From Lytechinus pictus (lineage: Eukaryota): DNA of 64,000 nt. Location of the stretch: positions 39,372,001-39,436,000 of the forward strand of contig NC_087251.1 in assembly GCF_037042905.1 (NCBI RefSeq). The letters are read 5' to 3'. This document shows positions 37,318-51,698 of the stretch, in pieces. The first letter of the stretch is position 1, and each line of letters begins with the position of its first letter. The notes beneath the pieces are model-generated. The model searched no databases. It saw nothing but the letters and a program-made list of their open reading frames with translations, and was not told where the DNA came from. The position numbers and the translations under genes are program-made.

Positions 37318-38901
37318 CTCAGCTCTATATCAAAATTAAAAAAAAATCAAATAAATAAGAATATATTAATACAGAAATGTGTGTGCAATCAATTGCAATT
37401 ACAGAAAAGCAATGAAAATAAAATGTTATTTCTTTAGGTACAACTGTGAGTAAATAAACCAATAATTATTAACACTATTCATTCCTGATATCCATTCTTT
37501 CAAAAAATTACATGCATGAACATTTTGTCACACATACACACTTCATGTTTTACATGATTGAATGACTGATTGGTCGTTTCATTACACTAAAAGTACTCCC
37601 AAACCCAAAATGTCTCTGAATTTTTAATATCAATGCATTACTTTTTGATGGCATTTCAACTCCCATGAGCATTTCATAGTTTGGAAGTGTACCTATCATC
37701 TAATTTTCATCTCGTTGCCGAGCAACATTTATAATGTAGACAGCACGTCGCATATGAGTCATCCCTTTGCGACCGACCTGAAGAGCAAATCACTTTTAAT
37801 TATAAATACATACCATGTACTACTCAACCTCATAAAGAACATTAGAGGATAGTAGAAAGTGTAGCAAAGAAAGGTCGCTCTGCCCTGGCCATTTGCATGA
37901 TTTCAGGTGATTTGGCCACCGTTGAACAGCAAAGGAAAACTGATTTTTATGGCCAGGAGGAGAGCGAGAGTTGAATTAAAGATGAACTCCTCGTGACATG
38001 TACATGTACGGAAAGCACCCATCAGGCGATGCGTGTTGGTAATACCACAGCTCGTAAAGCCAGCGTGTATTACACAGTGCAATTTAGCTTCCAATACACA
38101 TCATCACACAGCATGTACAGTACAATGCATACAGTATATGACTAGAGCCCACATGTTGATCAATACCATCGCAGCTCATCCACCCAACCCATAAATCAGG
38201 CCACTGCCGCCGTATCCCATCAAATAAAACTCAAATCTTCTCAAATTCAAGCAAGGTGTATCAAATGCCGCCAAACACAGGTTAATACGGTATATACTCA
38301 CCCCGAAAATATGACAGCCAATTTTCTCCTAAGTTACTGCTGCAGCCTTTTACCCACTTTAGCAGGGAGGAGGCAGCATAATTTATTCCGACTCTGTGTG
38401 CGCTTTATCAAAACGACAATACACCTCGGGCTCCATTAAGGGATTCCCGTAAGCTAAACAGCATTTTGTTTCTTCTACAAGAGCCCCTATACAGATAAAC
38501 AGCATTCAATCAATTATTCCAAATGACTTGCATTGTATAATTCCACTAGATGGATGGACTGCGTATTAAAAGCTGATTAATGCATCGAGTGGAAGACGAC
38601 ATGTCCCTCGACCCCACTTAATTTACATATTAACTTCCGCGCCGTTAGCGTCATTCGTTTCCCATTAGCTTAACCTTTTTGATGAATTTCTTTATGGGAT
38701 TAGAAAATTATGATTTTTACTTCAGTACTTACTTCAAAAAGGTCTAATTTGACAAAGTTGTTTTTCTCTTTGCAGTTATTAATGAGATTCTTTATACCAC
38801 CATCATGCCAAAGTTCATGACTCACCGAGTGAGGTCTAGTTATGGGGGGGGGGGGGGGGGCGTGCTCTCCTTATAATTTCCAGCTCTTTGTTGTGGTACT
38901 A

Positions 38902-39957
38902 CAGAGATGCCAACTTTTGGAAATCAGAATTAGGGAGGATTTGCAACCGACACCAAATTATGTGCGCGTAGCGCACATCTCGAGCGCGGAGCGCTCGACC
39001 CTTGCGGCCGGGGTCGAGGGCCCGCCTTAGGGCCCTGGAAGCTCTGGGTTTCTAGATGCTCTCTGGTGCAATCTGACCCTTATTTTGGAGCATTTCACAT
39101 GTTTTTAAAAAAACATTGTTCCCACTTTTTTGACATAAAATTAAAAATAAAAATATCAAATATGCATTTTTACATCATGTAAAAAAAATGAGGGGACAAT
39201 AGAAGAAAAGTACCTGTTCAACTATAATAATGAGGAATTATCCTCTTTATTATTATTAAAGCGCGGGTAACGTCTTCCTCCTCGCTGGTCCCTTGCTTGG
39301 CCTTGGCGAAATAAGTCAACAGGGTACTAGTGGAGCTCGAAGATCTCGTCTTTGCAATGTCCGTATGCCGTTTGCTCCCTACGTACCATACTTCCGAATA
39401 TCATCACGACCTCCGTGCTCAACTTTAATGTCCACGCTGCAAATTGTGCAAAATGCATGGTAGATTCCTCTTTCCGACTTCCGAATACACGGGTACTGGA
39501 GACTGTATTCAGTCTTATACTTCTGAGACCATTTCTTGGTCTTTTTTTGTTGATTTTCCGCCATTTCGTGTCAATATCAACCCATCAATACGCCGAAATC
39601 ACACACCGATATTCCATCGCACGACTCGACAAATCCAGCGGCCGCGAGCGCACACGCCTTGCGAAGCTAGCCGGGCCTACCGGCCTGGTGCACAGTGGAT
39701 TCCCGTTGGGCATATCACATGCACCAGCTTTTCGCTGCTCCTTATTTGTCTGCCTTTCACACAGAATTTAGTAGCAGCGAAACGTAATGGAGTCACTACA
39801 TGCTAAAGTCAGCAGACGATACATGTACTTCCAATCCAATTTGATCAATGCAAAAAAAATCGTAATTTCGGGAGGATAAGAATGGTAATCGTAAGGGCGG
39901 GAGTTGGGATGAATTTTCGGGAGCCTCCCGATGAAATCGGGAGGGTTGGCATCTCTG
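38902..39957 (-). mobile_element. Internally deleted hAT transposon with 6-bp TSD
   Basis: Perfect TIR CAGAGATGCCAAC / GTTGGCATCTCTG, flanks gtacta/gtacta, subterminal cgggag repeats, transposase N-terminus inside. Confidence 0.85.
39260..39564 (-). pseudogene. hAT transposase N-terminal zinc-finger (BED-like) remnant
   Basis: MAENQQKKTKKWSQKYKTEYSLQYPCIRKSERGIYHAFCTICSVDIKVEHGGRDDIRK, then a frameshift, then SKRHTDIAKTRSSSSTSTLLTYFAKAKQGTSEEEDVTRA. Shows the AFC..C...HGG..DI...KRH pattern; truncated before the catalytic domain. Confidence 0.75.
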
Positions 39958-39960
39958 GTA

Positions 39961-40385
39961 CTAGGGCAACACATAATGCGCTGGCCTGTAACGCGGAAAA
40001 TGAGAGTTATTGGTCAAGAAAAGTGAAAGGTGGTGACTTGACCTTTGACCTTTTGACTTAAAAATAAATAGGGTTCCTGGGACCCATGCTAGTATCATAC
40101 ACATCAAATTATATGTGCCCAGATTAAGTTAAACTGAAGTTATCGCGTTTACTAGGTCTTTAGAAGGGTAAGATGAAAGCATGTCACTGTGACCTTGACC
40201 TTTGACCTTTTGACCTCAAAATCGATTGGATTCTTGGGATCTATGCTAGTATCATACAAACCCAATCATATGAGCCTATCTAAAGTCAAACTGAAGTTAT
40301 CGTGTTTACAAGGAAAAGTTAACAGACGGACGGACACCGAGCGTGATACCATAATACGTCCTGTCTAGGACGGGCATATAATAAA
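39961..40385 (+). mobile_element. Helentron-associated (HINE/DINE-like) element with two internal core repeats
   Basis: Two ~160-bp units with tgacctttgaccttttgac, then (ggac)n, a 3' hairpin cgtcct-gtct-aggacg and an A-rich end. Confidence 0.7.
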
Positions 40386-41165
40386 AATATTTTGCAATAC
40401 TGTTAAAATTAATTTTTAAAATGTCTGCAGATGCAACTGGCTTTTACAGCACACTAACATGAATATGAAACCAAACCATTATCTTATGAGATGTAAGCAT
40501 AGCTCTAAAGGAAAGTTAACTAATTTCATTCAGGATATGCAAAGTTTTATATTCAAGACATGTGAAAATGATATTTTTTATATTTTCACAAGTTTATGTT
40601 AGCTCTAATAAGCATTAAAGGTATCTCAGGCAAAATTATGTATTGATCAGTGAATTTCTCCACTCCACTGCAAGGCTAACTACAATGGCTTTTCACATCC
40701 TATCTTTCAGCTCAACTCCAACTCCAATGCACTGCCATCAAGAGAAAAAAAAATCATATTAATCCCAAATTTATCAAATATATTGTATTTTCCAAATATC
40801 AAAACTGATTCAGAGCATGCATATTCATACATGTACAGGAGTAATCTAGTAATGAAATAGAATATGAAATTCATTTTTTTTGGGGGGGATTCATCAAAAT
40901 TAAATGCAGGATCTAATTACACTAAAAGATCAAATCAAGTTTTCAATGGCTCAGTCATATATTGATTACAATACAAGTCATGCAGCATGCAAATTTAGCT
41001 AAGTGACTAATCAGCAAAAGTACAGGCAACTGTATAAATGATATTGATTAGTCATGAGTAATAATTTGGTGCACAGACTTTATCACTTTGTTATATTGAT
41101 CATGACAATAATTAGCATAACACCAATGACAGTCATCTGATGAGATTGTCGCATATATGGACTAT

Positions 41166-41589
41166 GACACCGTTCTCATTTTACTTTCTAAAACTAGTTT
41201 ACTGGAGATCGGTTCAGGAAACCAGTTTGGAAGATCGCTTTGCTAGCGTTTCCATTTGATCATTCGAAAGTGGCTTTCAAAACCACTTCCTGTAAACCGG
41301 TCTTGTTGCTATGGGAACACTCTCAGTGGGGCGACATGTTTGAAACCGCAGTGTAGGCATTGTGAAGTAGCACGCTCAAAATGCGCGAAGATCGCGTCCC
41401 GAAGAACAGTTGTGTCCTCACTTACGCTGTAACCAGTCTAACGAATCAAAGCGATCTTCAAAACTATATCGTGAGGTGGTTTTCTGAACCAGTTTGGAAG
41501 ATCGCTTCCAAGACCTCTCTGACCGTTCTCATTACACGTTACACTAGTTTCCACTAAACTAGTTTAAGGACGGCAGTGAGAACGGTGTC
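41166..41589. mobile_element. PIF/Harbinger-like MITE
   Basis: Perfect TIR GACACCGTTCTCA / TGAGAACGGTGTC, flanks tat/taa, internal repeat aaccagtttggaagatcgctt. Confidence 0.85.
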
Positions 41590-41757
41590 TAATACTACAT
41601 TTACTACATTTAGTGACCACAGTATTATTGGTGTACTTTTTTTTTTTTTTTTTTTTAGGGGGGGGGGTAGATATCAATACATACATATAGTATAACCACA
41701 TAACAAATATCTAAATCATGGGTGTTTACATGACACAGTATTTTCCTATGCAATAAG

Positions 41758-41975
41758 ATTGGACAGTAATTCACCACCAACTCATTAATCAATTTCTAAA
41801 ATTGAAGGGAAAAAAATTCTAAAGAACTATGGGACCTACAAATTTTGTTTTGCTTGCACTTTTAAGAACGTGGACATTGGATAGTAATTCACCACTAACT
41901 CTTAAGGCAATCTCTTATACTGAACATTTTTTTTTTCAAAAGAACTATGGGACCTACAAATTAAGAATGTGGACA
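41758..41975. repeat. Local tandem duplication, 2 copies, ~118-bp period
   Basis: attgga.agtaattcacca..aactc...aaagaactatgggacctacaaatt occurs twice. Confidence 0.75.
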
Positions 41976-44900
41976 ATTCCATAAAATATGTGTGTTACTT
42001 CCTGAAGTGATTTCTCCCAATTTTTTATTTTTTTTTTTTTTTAATTGGGTTTTCATAATCATTATTAGTTTACATTGTTCACATGATGAAAGGTTATATA
42101 TAGCTCTCAAATTATAATGGCTAGAGCAGTTAAAATAAATAAAGTTAGAATGGGGAATATTGGAGAAAATTTTATGAAATTGCTAGCTGTTTGATGTTAA
42201 AAAGTTGTATTTACATGTGGTATATCCAGAGTTCTTGATACAGTGTAGGTACTCCAAATTATGGTATTGCGTAAAACTGAAAATTATAATTATAAAGTGG
42301 CATCAATATATTAGAAACAAAGGCTACATAATCCACAATATGCATACCCTGGAAATGTATGACCATCATCATTGCATAGAAGCTACAGTTAAAATTCATC
42401 CCATCTTTGGTTTATTGGACGGACAGTGGTTTATCATCTCTAAACCGATTTAGATTCCCCCCTCAAGGCACTAATGGATAAAGCAAGGGATCCTGCCAGG
42501 TCTTGATTTATGCACATACTGTAAATTAAATAAGGATATCCCATGATTGATGTAGAAGACCTGAAAACAGCGTGCAAATCAGGAAGTGTGGACTCTTGAA
42601 AACTTACAATTTTGAGAGAATATCTGAATTAGCATTTTGCATCATTTCTCCAGTATATTGTTGGGCAGATAAATCTCAAAATTAAAAAAAAAATCAACAG
42701 CTCATAAAAAGTAGGCCTACTTGGTTTTCCATGATCTTGACTTTTTTCTACAGGTATTCAAACAAAATTTTTGTATTTGTTGTACTTAAATAAATACAAA
42801 ATTAGTGTAAACTTAAGAGGCATTTTTCAACAAATATTGTGAGGTAATAATAGATCCGATATGTTTTTGTTTCATTGCATTAACAAGATAAATACTGGAT
42901 AATGATCAAGATTCCCAAGCAGAAGTTAACATAGAAGACACCCCTCCCACAAAAAAAATCCTTAGTACACATTTTTGCTTGTTTTATTGAAGTAAAAAAG
43001 AATTTAAAAGGAAGGCAAAGAAACATCCTTCAACTTTGAATCTGCAACAAAAAAAAGCAATTTATAGAATGTCTGAAGGGCTGTCAATGGGTGGCCCATT
43101 ACATTAGCGCACCCGAAATCCCAACCGAAAATCATCATTGTTTGCTGAGGAAACAGCATTCCAGGTCAGCCGCAAGACAATTAGTGGTCTCAGGTAACAC
43201 ACCTGCTCCATCTTGCAGATTCAATCCACCCCCCACCCCCCCCCCCCCTCAGTCGATCATAACCAATAATATAACCCAGTGAACAAAAAGATATGACATA
43301 AGAGTCAGGAAATGGGGAGTATATGAAATACATTATCATCTTGTCCTTCCCCCCATTCAATCCTCACCCACTATTGATAAGCTGATGTATTAACAATAGA
43401 TACAACTAGGGGGTGTTTATGCTTCAATTGCGGAGACAGAATCAGCGTTTTCAAACGTTGTTTCAGATCGCCGATCATAAACATGGTTCTGGGAGTGCTG
43501 TTTATGCTTCGTTTTCGAAATCGTGATTGGCAGCTGGCTTCGCATCGTAATTTTCCATGAGCAGAAAAGCAAAGGTCAAATTGGTCGCCCCAATTTTCGA
43601 AAGGTTTTTTTCTGAGTGTTGTTTGTTATGGTCGACTATTATTTAAACTTCGAACAATTTCCGATATTTTAGTAATTGCATGGAGCTACTTGATAAAGCC
43701 AAAGAGTTTCCACCATGATGAGACCGTGAGGATAATAATAAGACAAAATAAAGAATATATATACGTAAGAAAATAATTAGACATCTATTTGTTCACGCTA
43801 TTGGGGCTTCTGACTCAGCGATGTCTCCTCACCATAACTCAGTGTTATGCTACCATTGCAAGAAGAAAAACAAAAAATGAGGTCATTCTTAAAATAAGGA
43901 TGCCAATTAAAAATGGAAAAATGGCAAACTTACTTGTTTCATTTATTAAATAAGACAGTAAATCGAAACACCATAAACATTTTATAAGCATTTTTTCATG
44001 TGGTTCCTCTTATTACCATTTACATTCAATATTTCTTTTAATCAAACCTAAATCTATTCTGAAATACTGATCATGTGTAGGATAAAATTTTGTATGCCCT
44101 AGTATATTTCTAAATATGACACATTTTTAGCTTTGGCATTTTGAAGGAAAGAGAAATAAACGGAGGACAATTTTGAAGAGGCGGTTGATAAAAGCGCTAT
44201 CAATCTTGTCTCAAAATAAGCCACTATATACCCCAAGGCACAATCATGTAGATGCATTCAACAGTATGCATGGACCTCCTGGGAGAAAGGCAAAAAAATA
44301 ATTTGAAATTCATTATCTGTGTATCTATCTTGCTTTTACTCGATTCCTTTTACACAGACAATAATCACCACGAATGGGAGTCTTCATGGACGCGATGAGC
44401 AAGGGATGAATTTATTTTGAAGCGAAAGCAACCTAGGGGTCTCTGCATGATTCAGTAGATCTCGCTCCACACCAAGAACCTTCCCCTAGAGGAGAAACAA
44501 TACCTCTCCCACAACAATCCATAATTCTACTCCTGGATCACAAAATTGAATGCAAATCATGAATTTTCCACTTGCCAAAACCCTGCTAGATTATTTCTCT
44601 AGCCCCAAGCAACTGTTCTTCTTGAGGGAGAGAAGGGAGGGGGGCGACAAACAGAATTCTGACGGACACTGCAGAGAGAAGCACGATTCCCCGAGTCACG
44701 TGGGTATTACTTTCTTCCGCTATTCTGCTCGGGCAATTCCCGTCCTCTTGCTCCATCCGCAGGACAGAATTGATTCTCTGATGTTGGGCGAAAATCAATA
44801 CCCATGGAGAGGGATTTGTCTTCATTACTTTTATCATCTGATTGCATTCGACTGACCAGAAGCTTGTGCTTTGGCTCGGACCATCAATTCAGAGCTTGGG

Positions 44901-46020
44901 TCAAGTTTTTAATGGGTCAGTCTGTCTCTTATTCACAAATAAAAGATTTTCTTGCAAGAATATCCTCTTATGTGACCATGGTTTGATATCCTGGTCAAAA
45001 TAACAATTAGTTCTTTTTCTTAAACAAAGGTAGCCACAATACCAATTAGCTGATCGTTCAGCAAGCCCTTAAAGTCTGGTATTCAGCCATATATGGTATC
45101 AAGATTGATCCGATTGCAATACCTTCTAAAGTTCCTATCTCATAATGCCTGAAAAATTTTGAAATGTAACAAATAAATTTTTAATTTAGAATATAAGATA
45201 CCCAGGCGCTGTATTATTCAATTAAAGTTAAAAAACACTTAACCATTTAAAAGGATTTACATGTATGAGTATAATATCAAAACTATAAGTTAAGTAAACT
45301 ATAAACAGAAGGGTGCTCATTTAATAACTTTTAACCATTCCATTTAAAGAATTTGAACAATAGGCTTTATACCTCCTGATGAAACCTGGCCCAACATTCC
45401 TGTTTGTAATAGAATACACATTCAGTGCGTCGGTTCCACAGACAGGGTTCATGGTCTTGGCAGAATTTATTATTTTCATTAGTCGGCCCTCCAGTCTGTT
45501 TGAATTGAAATGAAAATGATCACTCTGCTCAAGACCAAAACAAACATCCAAGATCCAGAAAGCAAACAAGACCAAATCAAACACAGCAACTCCTTTGTAC
45601 AAGCCATAATGTTTATGACACACAAAATATGAGGGGAAAAGAAAGAATGGGTGTTTTTAGCTTGAATGCACACACAGTGCAACCTGAAAATCACCTTCTT
45701 ATTTAAAAGGTGGTGGATATGACAATAGCTTTTCTGCACAGTGACAACAAAAAATCTTTATTTCTTCCAAATTCTTGATGGCAAATGTGGTGTCAGCAGA
45801 CTCCCATACATCATCTTGTGATGTGAAAATACAGAATTGTTATTTTCTCCTGCAAATATTTATGTGAAAGACTTAAAACAACCTGCACTGTAACACATGT
45901 GTTCTGTTTGAACTAAATATGTGGAGTGTAGCAATTCTAAAAAATTCTCTTGCTACTCTCAGTCCCTCTCAGGTGAACTTTCGGACAAGAAATTAACAAT
46001 GAAACTATTTTTTACACCTG

Positions 46021-46289
46021 GGCCCCATCTTACAAAGAGTTGCGATTGATCCAATCAATCGCAACTATGGAAAGCCAGCAAAGTCAACATATAAAATGCA
46101 TGTTCGTTTTAAAAAATCTAGATATAAATGTATATCCATAAATTCATTGATTTCTTGACAATTTGGTGTGTTTTCCTTTGTTTAAAAAGGAAATTTTGAA
46201 AATTTTCTGTAAAAAAAATTATGACACTGATGGATTTCCATAGAGTTACGATTAATTGGATCAATCGTAACTATTTGTAAGACGGAGCC
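46021..46289 (+). mobile_element. Harbinger-like MITE, intact (269 bp)
   Basis: TIRs ggccccatcttacaaagagtt / aactatttgtaagacggagcc; flanks ctg/cag. Confidence 0.85.
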
Positions 46290-46701
46290 CAGTGTTCATG
46301 GGGACACTGCTGACACCACATTGCTGTAAATAATACAGGATTTTTATGTGTATGGAAGGTACAAAAGCACAACTCTTCTTTCTAAAAGAACAAATGCTTG
46401 GAACTGGTAGTGTAAAGAAAAAGGAGGCAGAGAAAATGGAAATGGACCACAGGAATGAAGTCGTACCTCAAAGGAATATCTGTTTAAATTTGCTGTCAAA
46501 TTCAAACAAATAATAATAATTCCTGATTGATTAGTTACCCAGAAATACTATTTGATTGATGTCCTATTTTCTTCCTTTGTCTCTTAGCAAGAATAATTCC
46601 TGTGAAGTAAGCTTCCGCTCTGTCTATTTTGATTTATCCATGAATTTACATACTGTAAAAAAACTAGGTTAAGCTGAACTCAAGAGAGAATTAATTATAA
46701 A

Positions 46702-46806
46702 ATCACATCCATCCTATCTAAATCTCTATCCTCCATTTTGTTTTAAATGAGATCCATCACATCCATCCTATCTAAATCTCTATCCTCCATTTTGTTTTAA
46801 ATGAGA
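46702..46806. repeat. Exact tandem duplication, 54-bp period
   Basis: atcacatccatcctatctaaatctctatcctccattttgttttaaatgagat at 46702 and 46756. Confidence 0.9.
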
Positions 46807-47065
46807 TTGACTACAAGGTAAAAAGATATACAGAGCATCCCACAAAATAAGGAAAACAGGATTCCCAGTAATTTTTTCCAGCAAAAGCAAATGATTTTAA
46901 TTTAAGGTCTTCCATTTACATCAGTAGAAAATAAAATTTTCTTCTTTATTTTGAAATTAAGTAATACGATAGGAATGTATACATATAGATGCGTTGAATA
47001 AGTTAAATGGGTCGCAATTTGTTAAGGATATTATGACCTTGGGTAAGATAGGGTTGGCTCATTAA

Positions 47066-47668
47066 AGGGAAGCTCCGGGCTGAAAATAGTATGATTCAAA
47101 CAGATAAAGAAAAATCAGACAAAAAAAAAACAATGAAAATTTGATCCAAATCGGACAAGGAATAACAAAGTTATGGTATTTTAAAGATTTGCATTATTCC
47201 ATTAAATTAAAACCGTTCAAGGCATGTCTTCATGAATATTCAATGAGCAAATTGATGATGTCATATCCCCACTTTTTCTTTTGTATTTTATTACATGAAA
47301 TTAGGTTTATTCAAACTTTTCTACCATAAACTGAAAAAATTGGATTGCCAACTGAATTAGACAATACTTTCATTGCTGCAACTTATTTAATTATAAAAGA
47401 GACACATTATTCACTCATGAAAAAATTAAACAATTATGATTTCATGTAAAAACACAAGAAAAAGGAAAGTGGGGATTTGACATCATCAGCCCACCTAATG
47501 AATATTCATGATGATGTGCATATAACTATTTTCACAAAATATTGCTAAACTTTAAAATTCAATAACTTTGTTATTTGTTATCCGATTTGGATGAAATTTT
47601 CAGCGTTTTGCTAGTTTGATTTTTCTCTATTTATTCAAATCAACAATTCTCTGGAGTGGACTTGACCT
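47066..47668. mobile_element. Kolobok-like MITE (~600 bp)
   Basis: ttaa|AGG left end and CCT|taaa right end. Long imperfect inverted arms (atccaaatcggacaag.aataacaaagtt / aactttgttatttgttatccgatttggat). Confidence 0.75.
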
Positions 47669-48121
47669 TAAAAGAAAAATTTCACTCTTAGCTAATGATC
47701 AAAACATAATCAATAATCATATCCAACTCTTATTAAAGACAGATTTTGTTTTTTGTGGGATGCACTGTGCTATTTACCAGGATCGATTCTTAATTTCAAA
47801 TACTTCCAGAAACTCTTTGAAACTCTTAAAAAATATTGGTTAATCATTACACTTTTGTAACACAAAGTTCTCCTTGATTCCATGTCAAGCTTCAAGAAGC
47901 TGCATTTTTACATACATGTAGCTCAGAGCCCCCCCCCCCCCCAAAAAAAAAAAAGGAAAATATCAAACTGACATTTTTAAGGGTTTTGAAGTACAAAATG
48001 CATCCTACAAAAAAGAATCTTCAGATAACAATGTGTTTTCAAAATGGATGTAATATTATATGGTTGTGAAAATAATGCTTACATTATTTGTAGGCTGACA
48101 CATTTGCAGATTACAATCCTA

Positions 48122-48255
48122 GGCCCCATTTCATAAAGAGTTACAACTTATGGCAACTACCATGGTAACCTTGATTTTGATTGGCTGCTGAGCCCTGTTG
48201 CCATGGTAGTTGCCATAATGGCAAAGTTACGACAGTTGTAACTCTTTATGAAATG
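48122..48255. mobile_element. Short Harbinger-like MITE
   Basis: catttcataaagagttacaact / agttgtaactctttatgaaatg; internal inverted pair ggcaactaccatgg / ccatggtagttgcc. Confidence 0.75.
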
Positions 48256-49896
48256 TTTTAACAGGACAGATACAGTTACATGTACTAGAGAGTGTGAACT
48301 TTCAAGGAAATAACCAAAATATTTGGAACATTAACAATGGAGGGGAATTGGGGAAACTAAACAATCTGTTTCATTCCTTACAAGTTGAGACACAGATTCA
48401 ATCTCTGAGATTGACATATTTTGTCAAAACACATTTTAACCTTATTTGGAAAACATTTATAACTTTCTTGAAAGATGAGCTCTTTGGATTTATACATATT
48501 TTGTTTATACATGTACATCGGAATCTTTATCTTTATTTGCCCTTGACATAGTCTTCACATGTCATCACATTGTTATCCTAGTGAAGTATAAGACATATTT
48601 TGAAAGAAAAGCAAGATGAATATTTTCCAAATCACTATCTCAGCTTAACTCTTCATTTTTTTATTGTTAAGATAAGAGATACCAGAAGTATTTTCTTAAA
48701 ACATCTTTTGACAAGTTCTAACATTATTTATATATAAGCTGAGAGGTGAAAAAAAAATGGTCCACAAGGATGTGAGATATGCCTTTGCAAAGAGTATAAT
48801 TCATTACTTTGTCACAATTTGACATTCACAATCATTTTTAACAAATTTGGGAGGTATCTTAAAAAAGCATAGAGTATACGCCTACAAACAGCACAGGATA
48901 AATCCATCGTATTTGATTTGTAAAAATACAATAAATGTTGATTCCGACTTGGTACAGGAGAGTACAGAAAAACTAATAATGGTGGCACTAGACAACTTTT
49001 TCAAAATAGGGATGGGGTACAGCCAAATTTATTGATAGATACTAAGAAAGTTCTAACAATGAAAATGTGGTAATCAATATGCCTTGTTCCTCCAAATCAT
49101 CCCCCTGAGAGGACGTGAAGAAAAATTCCTTGGAATGAGGGACTGGGGAAAGGATGGGAAGGGAGAAGGGGGTGTCCCATCTATTCCATCTCCCGTAAAC
49201 ATCCCGGAGAGACGTCTTTGGAAATCCAAAGTCTACACTTGAGTCTGTCCACCGTCAGATGAGCAAACATCTTGGACTCCAGCCCTGGAGGTTGAGGGGT
49301 CGCCGCGACGACCTCATCCCCATCAATGCTCTTAACAGCCAGGTTCATCCTCAGACTGGATTAGTTAAATCCTCTTTTCTCACATCCCTGTGGAAATCAT
49401 CCTTATAAGCACTTCCATAGGGTTTCCTTCTTTTTCCTTTTTTTTTCTTTCAGTCTCAAGATTGTTATGTTGAACGAAACAGAGTTTAATCCACAACAGA
49501 ATAAACGCAATCATTCATAACGTTGGAATTCCTGTGCCCCTTCTTATAAAGAGTTGCGATGGATTGAAATCAAATTCATATTGAGCTAGAAATTGGAGAT
49601 CAATCACAAATGAGTATAATTTGAAGCGACCAGAACACTTCCAAAAATAAGGGCCCTGTACAGCTTACAAAGGTTAACTGGTTGTGAAATGAATTCAAAA
49701 TGAAGTATTGCAATGTCGGCATTCAATCTGCAGATGCAATATAACATAAATCATGCAGCATCTAACATTTGAAAGCATTATAACTTTTGTCAAGAAAAAT
49801 AGAAATTATTTTATCACCACTCTATTACTCTTCATCTAAATAAGCACCTGTTAGGATCATGTGACCATGGTAACGTAATAGTGACAATGACAATGG

Positions 49897-50395
49897 TATA
49901 CAAATAGCGAATAGGCATGAGTGCGATGGTGCGAGATTTCGCATGAGGTGAAAGAAAGATGCTCTATTCAACGAGGCGTTAGCCGAATTGAATAGAGCGT
50001 TTCTTTCTTTCACCGAATGCACGAATGAGAATATTCGCTATTTGTGTTGTACAATGCTTCGGAATCTAGCGAAAATATGAAAAACAAGAGTTTTGCCCTG
50101 CAGTAATCTATGACAAGGGAGCAAAATAATGAAAGCGAATGGCAAATCCCACAAGTGCACATGATCTTGGGCAGCATTGCGCATTTGGCCAGCAGGTCAT
50201 ACATGTATTGCACCTTCATTTTTACTGAGTGCAATGAATTAAATCGTATTGTGACGTCACCTCCTAAAGCCGTGCAACGGTACATTTTGGACGGTACATT
50301 TTGGATGGTACGTCGTGTGTGCAACGGTACGAATGTTTGACATTCAGCCTCCCATTTGCTCACGTCCAGCAAGCTAAGTAGGCGTTGTACAATAA
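49897..50395. mobile_element. Hairpin-bearing interspersed element, possibly Crypton-derived
   Basis: Long imperfect stem at 49898-50047 closing on GAGGCGTTAGCCGAA. Flanked on both sides by the same aatgacaatggta-type simple repeat. Classification is inferred. Confidence 0.45.
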
Positions 50396-51698
50396 TGATA
50401 ATCATATTGGTAATGGTAATGGTTATCGTAATGGTAATGACAATGGTATGGTGATAGCAATGGCAAAAGGAATGGAAATCATTTTATTCAAGAATTCAGT
50501 TGCAGCCACAAGTTAACCTCATGGCAAATTTTTTAATTTTATAGGGCCAACGTGTTTATTATGTTGACAAAAAAGACTTGAAGCATAGCCTTGCTTTTGG
50601 TAGAGCATAAGTTATGAAACTCCCCTAACATACACAGTCTGCCTTTTAATGATCTTCTTGTGATCAAATTATCCTATTTATTCAATTGCAAGCGTTTGTG
50701 AATCCAAAAATGAAGGAAAAAATTGCATTCCAGGGGGTGCCACATTTCACTGAATCTCCATCTTTTCAAGTTCGAGACAGTATGCTGTCTTGAACTTGAA
50801 GGTCATTAAAATGTTTATATACATATTTTTTTGTATGAACTGTACCCTTATTAAATAAAAAAAAACTCATACATAAAACAGGATCATGGGCAATGGTTTC
50901 CAGGTCTCAATTCCCACATGTATCAAAGTAATAGAAGTAATTACTTGCGGATCTGGACCAGATATTGAAATCCAATTTTGACTGGGATCAGCAAAACAAA
51001 CTGCGGTGCAGTTATTTAATTTCCTCCCCGCTTCCTCGGATGATAAACAGAAAAATATGACTTACATTGGACAATATTCTTCAATTTAGCCATCACGGCT
51101 GGTCACTCCTTGCTCTACTAGATATTGAATTGGCATGTTACATAGGGATTGCATGACATAAATTGATACAAGGTTTGGGGATTATAGGATCGAGATGTTG
51201 ATAATGTTCCTCTGCCTGTATTGTCAACGTCATTGATGATCATTCGTGTGGGTCCTGAACTCAAAACAGTACAGCTACACTGATCAACCTTTGCAATAAT
51301 AAGTAGAAATGGCATTCGATTGGGGCCCTATTAGACGAAAGTGATTCCATTTTCATTCTTGATTAGTGGAAAGCCTTGCCTGCATGGACAAATGTGTATG
51401 TATCCATCCATGTGTGCAAATAGGTAAGTATCTGCTTAAGGATCCTTGTACTTTGTTTAAAGACAAAATACAAATAAATACAGGAATATTACTCCATAAA
51501 ATCAATGCAGCAGAAGGAGTTGGCCTGAGCAGTGGTCTTGAGATGAGATGGAAATATTTACTGGAGACTTTTGCCACAACTGGCTATCCATAAACTTAGT
51601 TCAACCACAGCTTTAAACCAGCTTTACACCCGAGTTCAGAATAGGGGTCTGTGAGTCCATGCTTGAATAAACAATTTTAAAGTTGAAAATATACTCAC

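Noticed and set aside
43408..43660. Harbinger-like left end (gggggtgtttatgct)
   Set aside because: No convincing right end; left unannotated as a fragment.
3567..47942. Scattered 10-18 nt poly-G/poly-C runs as functional G-quadruplex elements
   Set aside because: Dispersed, often inside TE relics, with no positional pattern; lengths may also be sequencing-sensitive.
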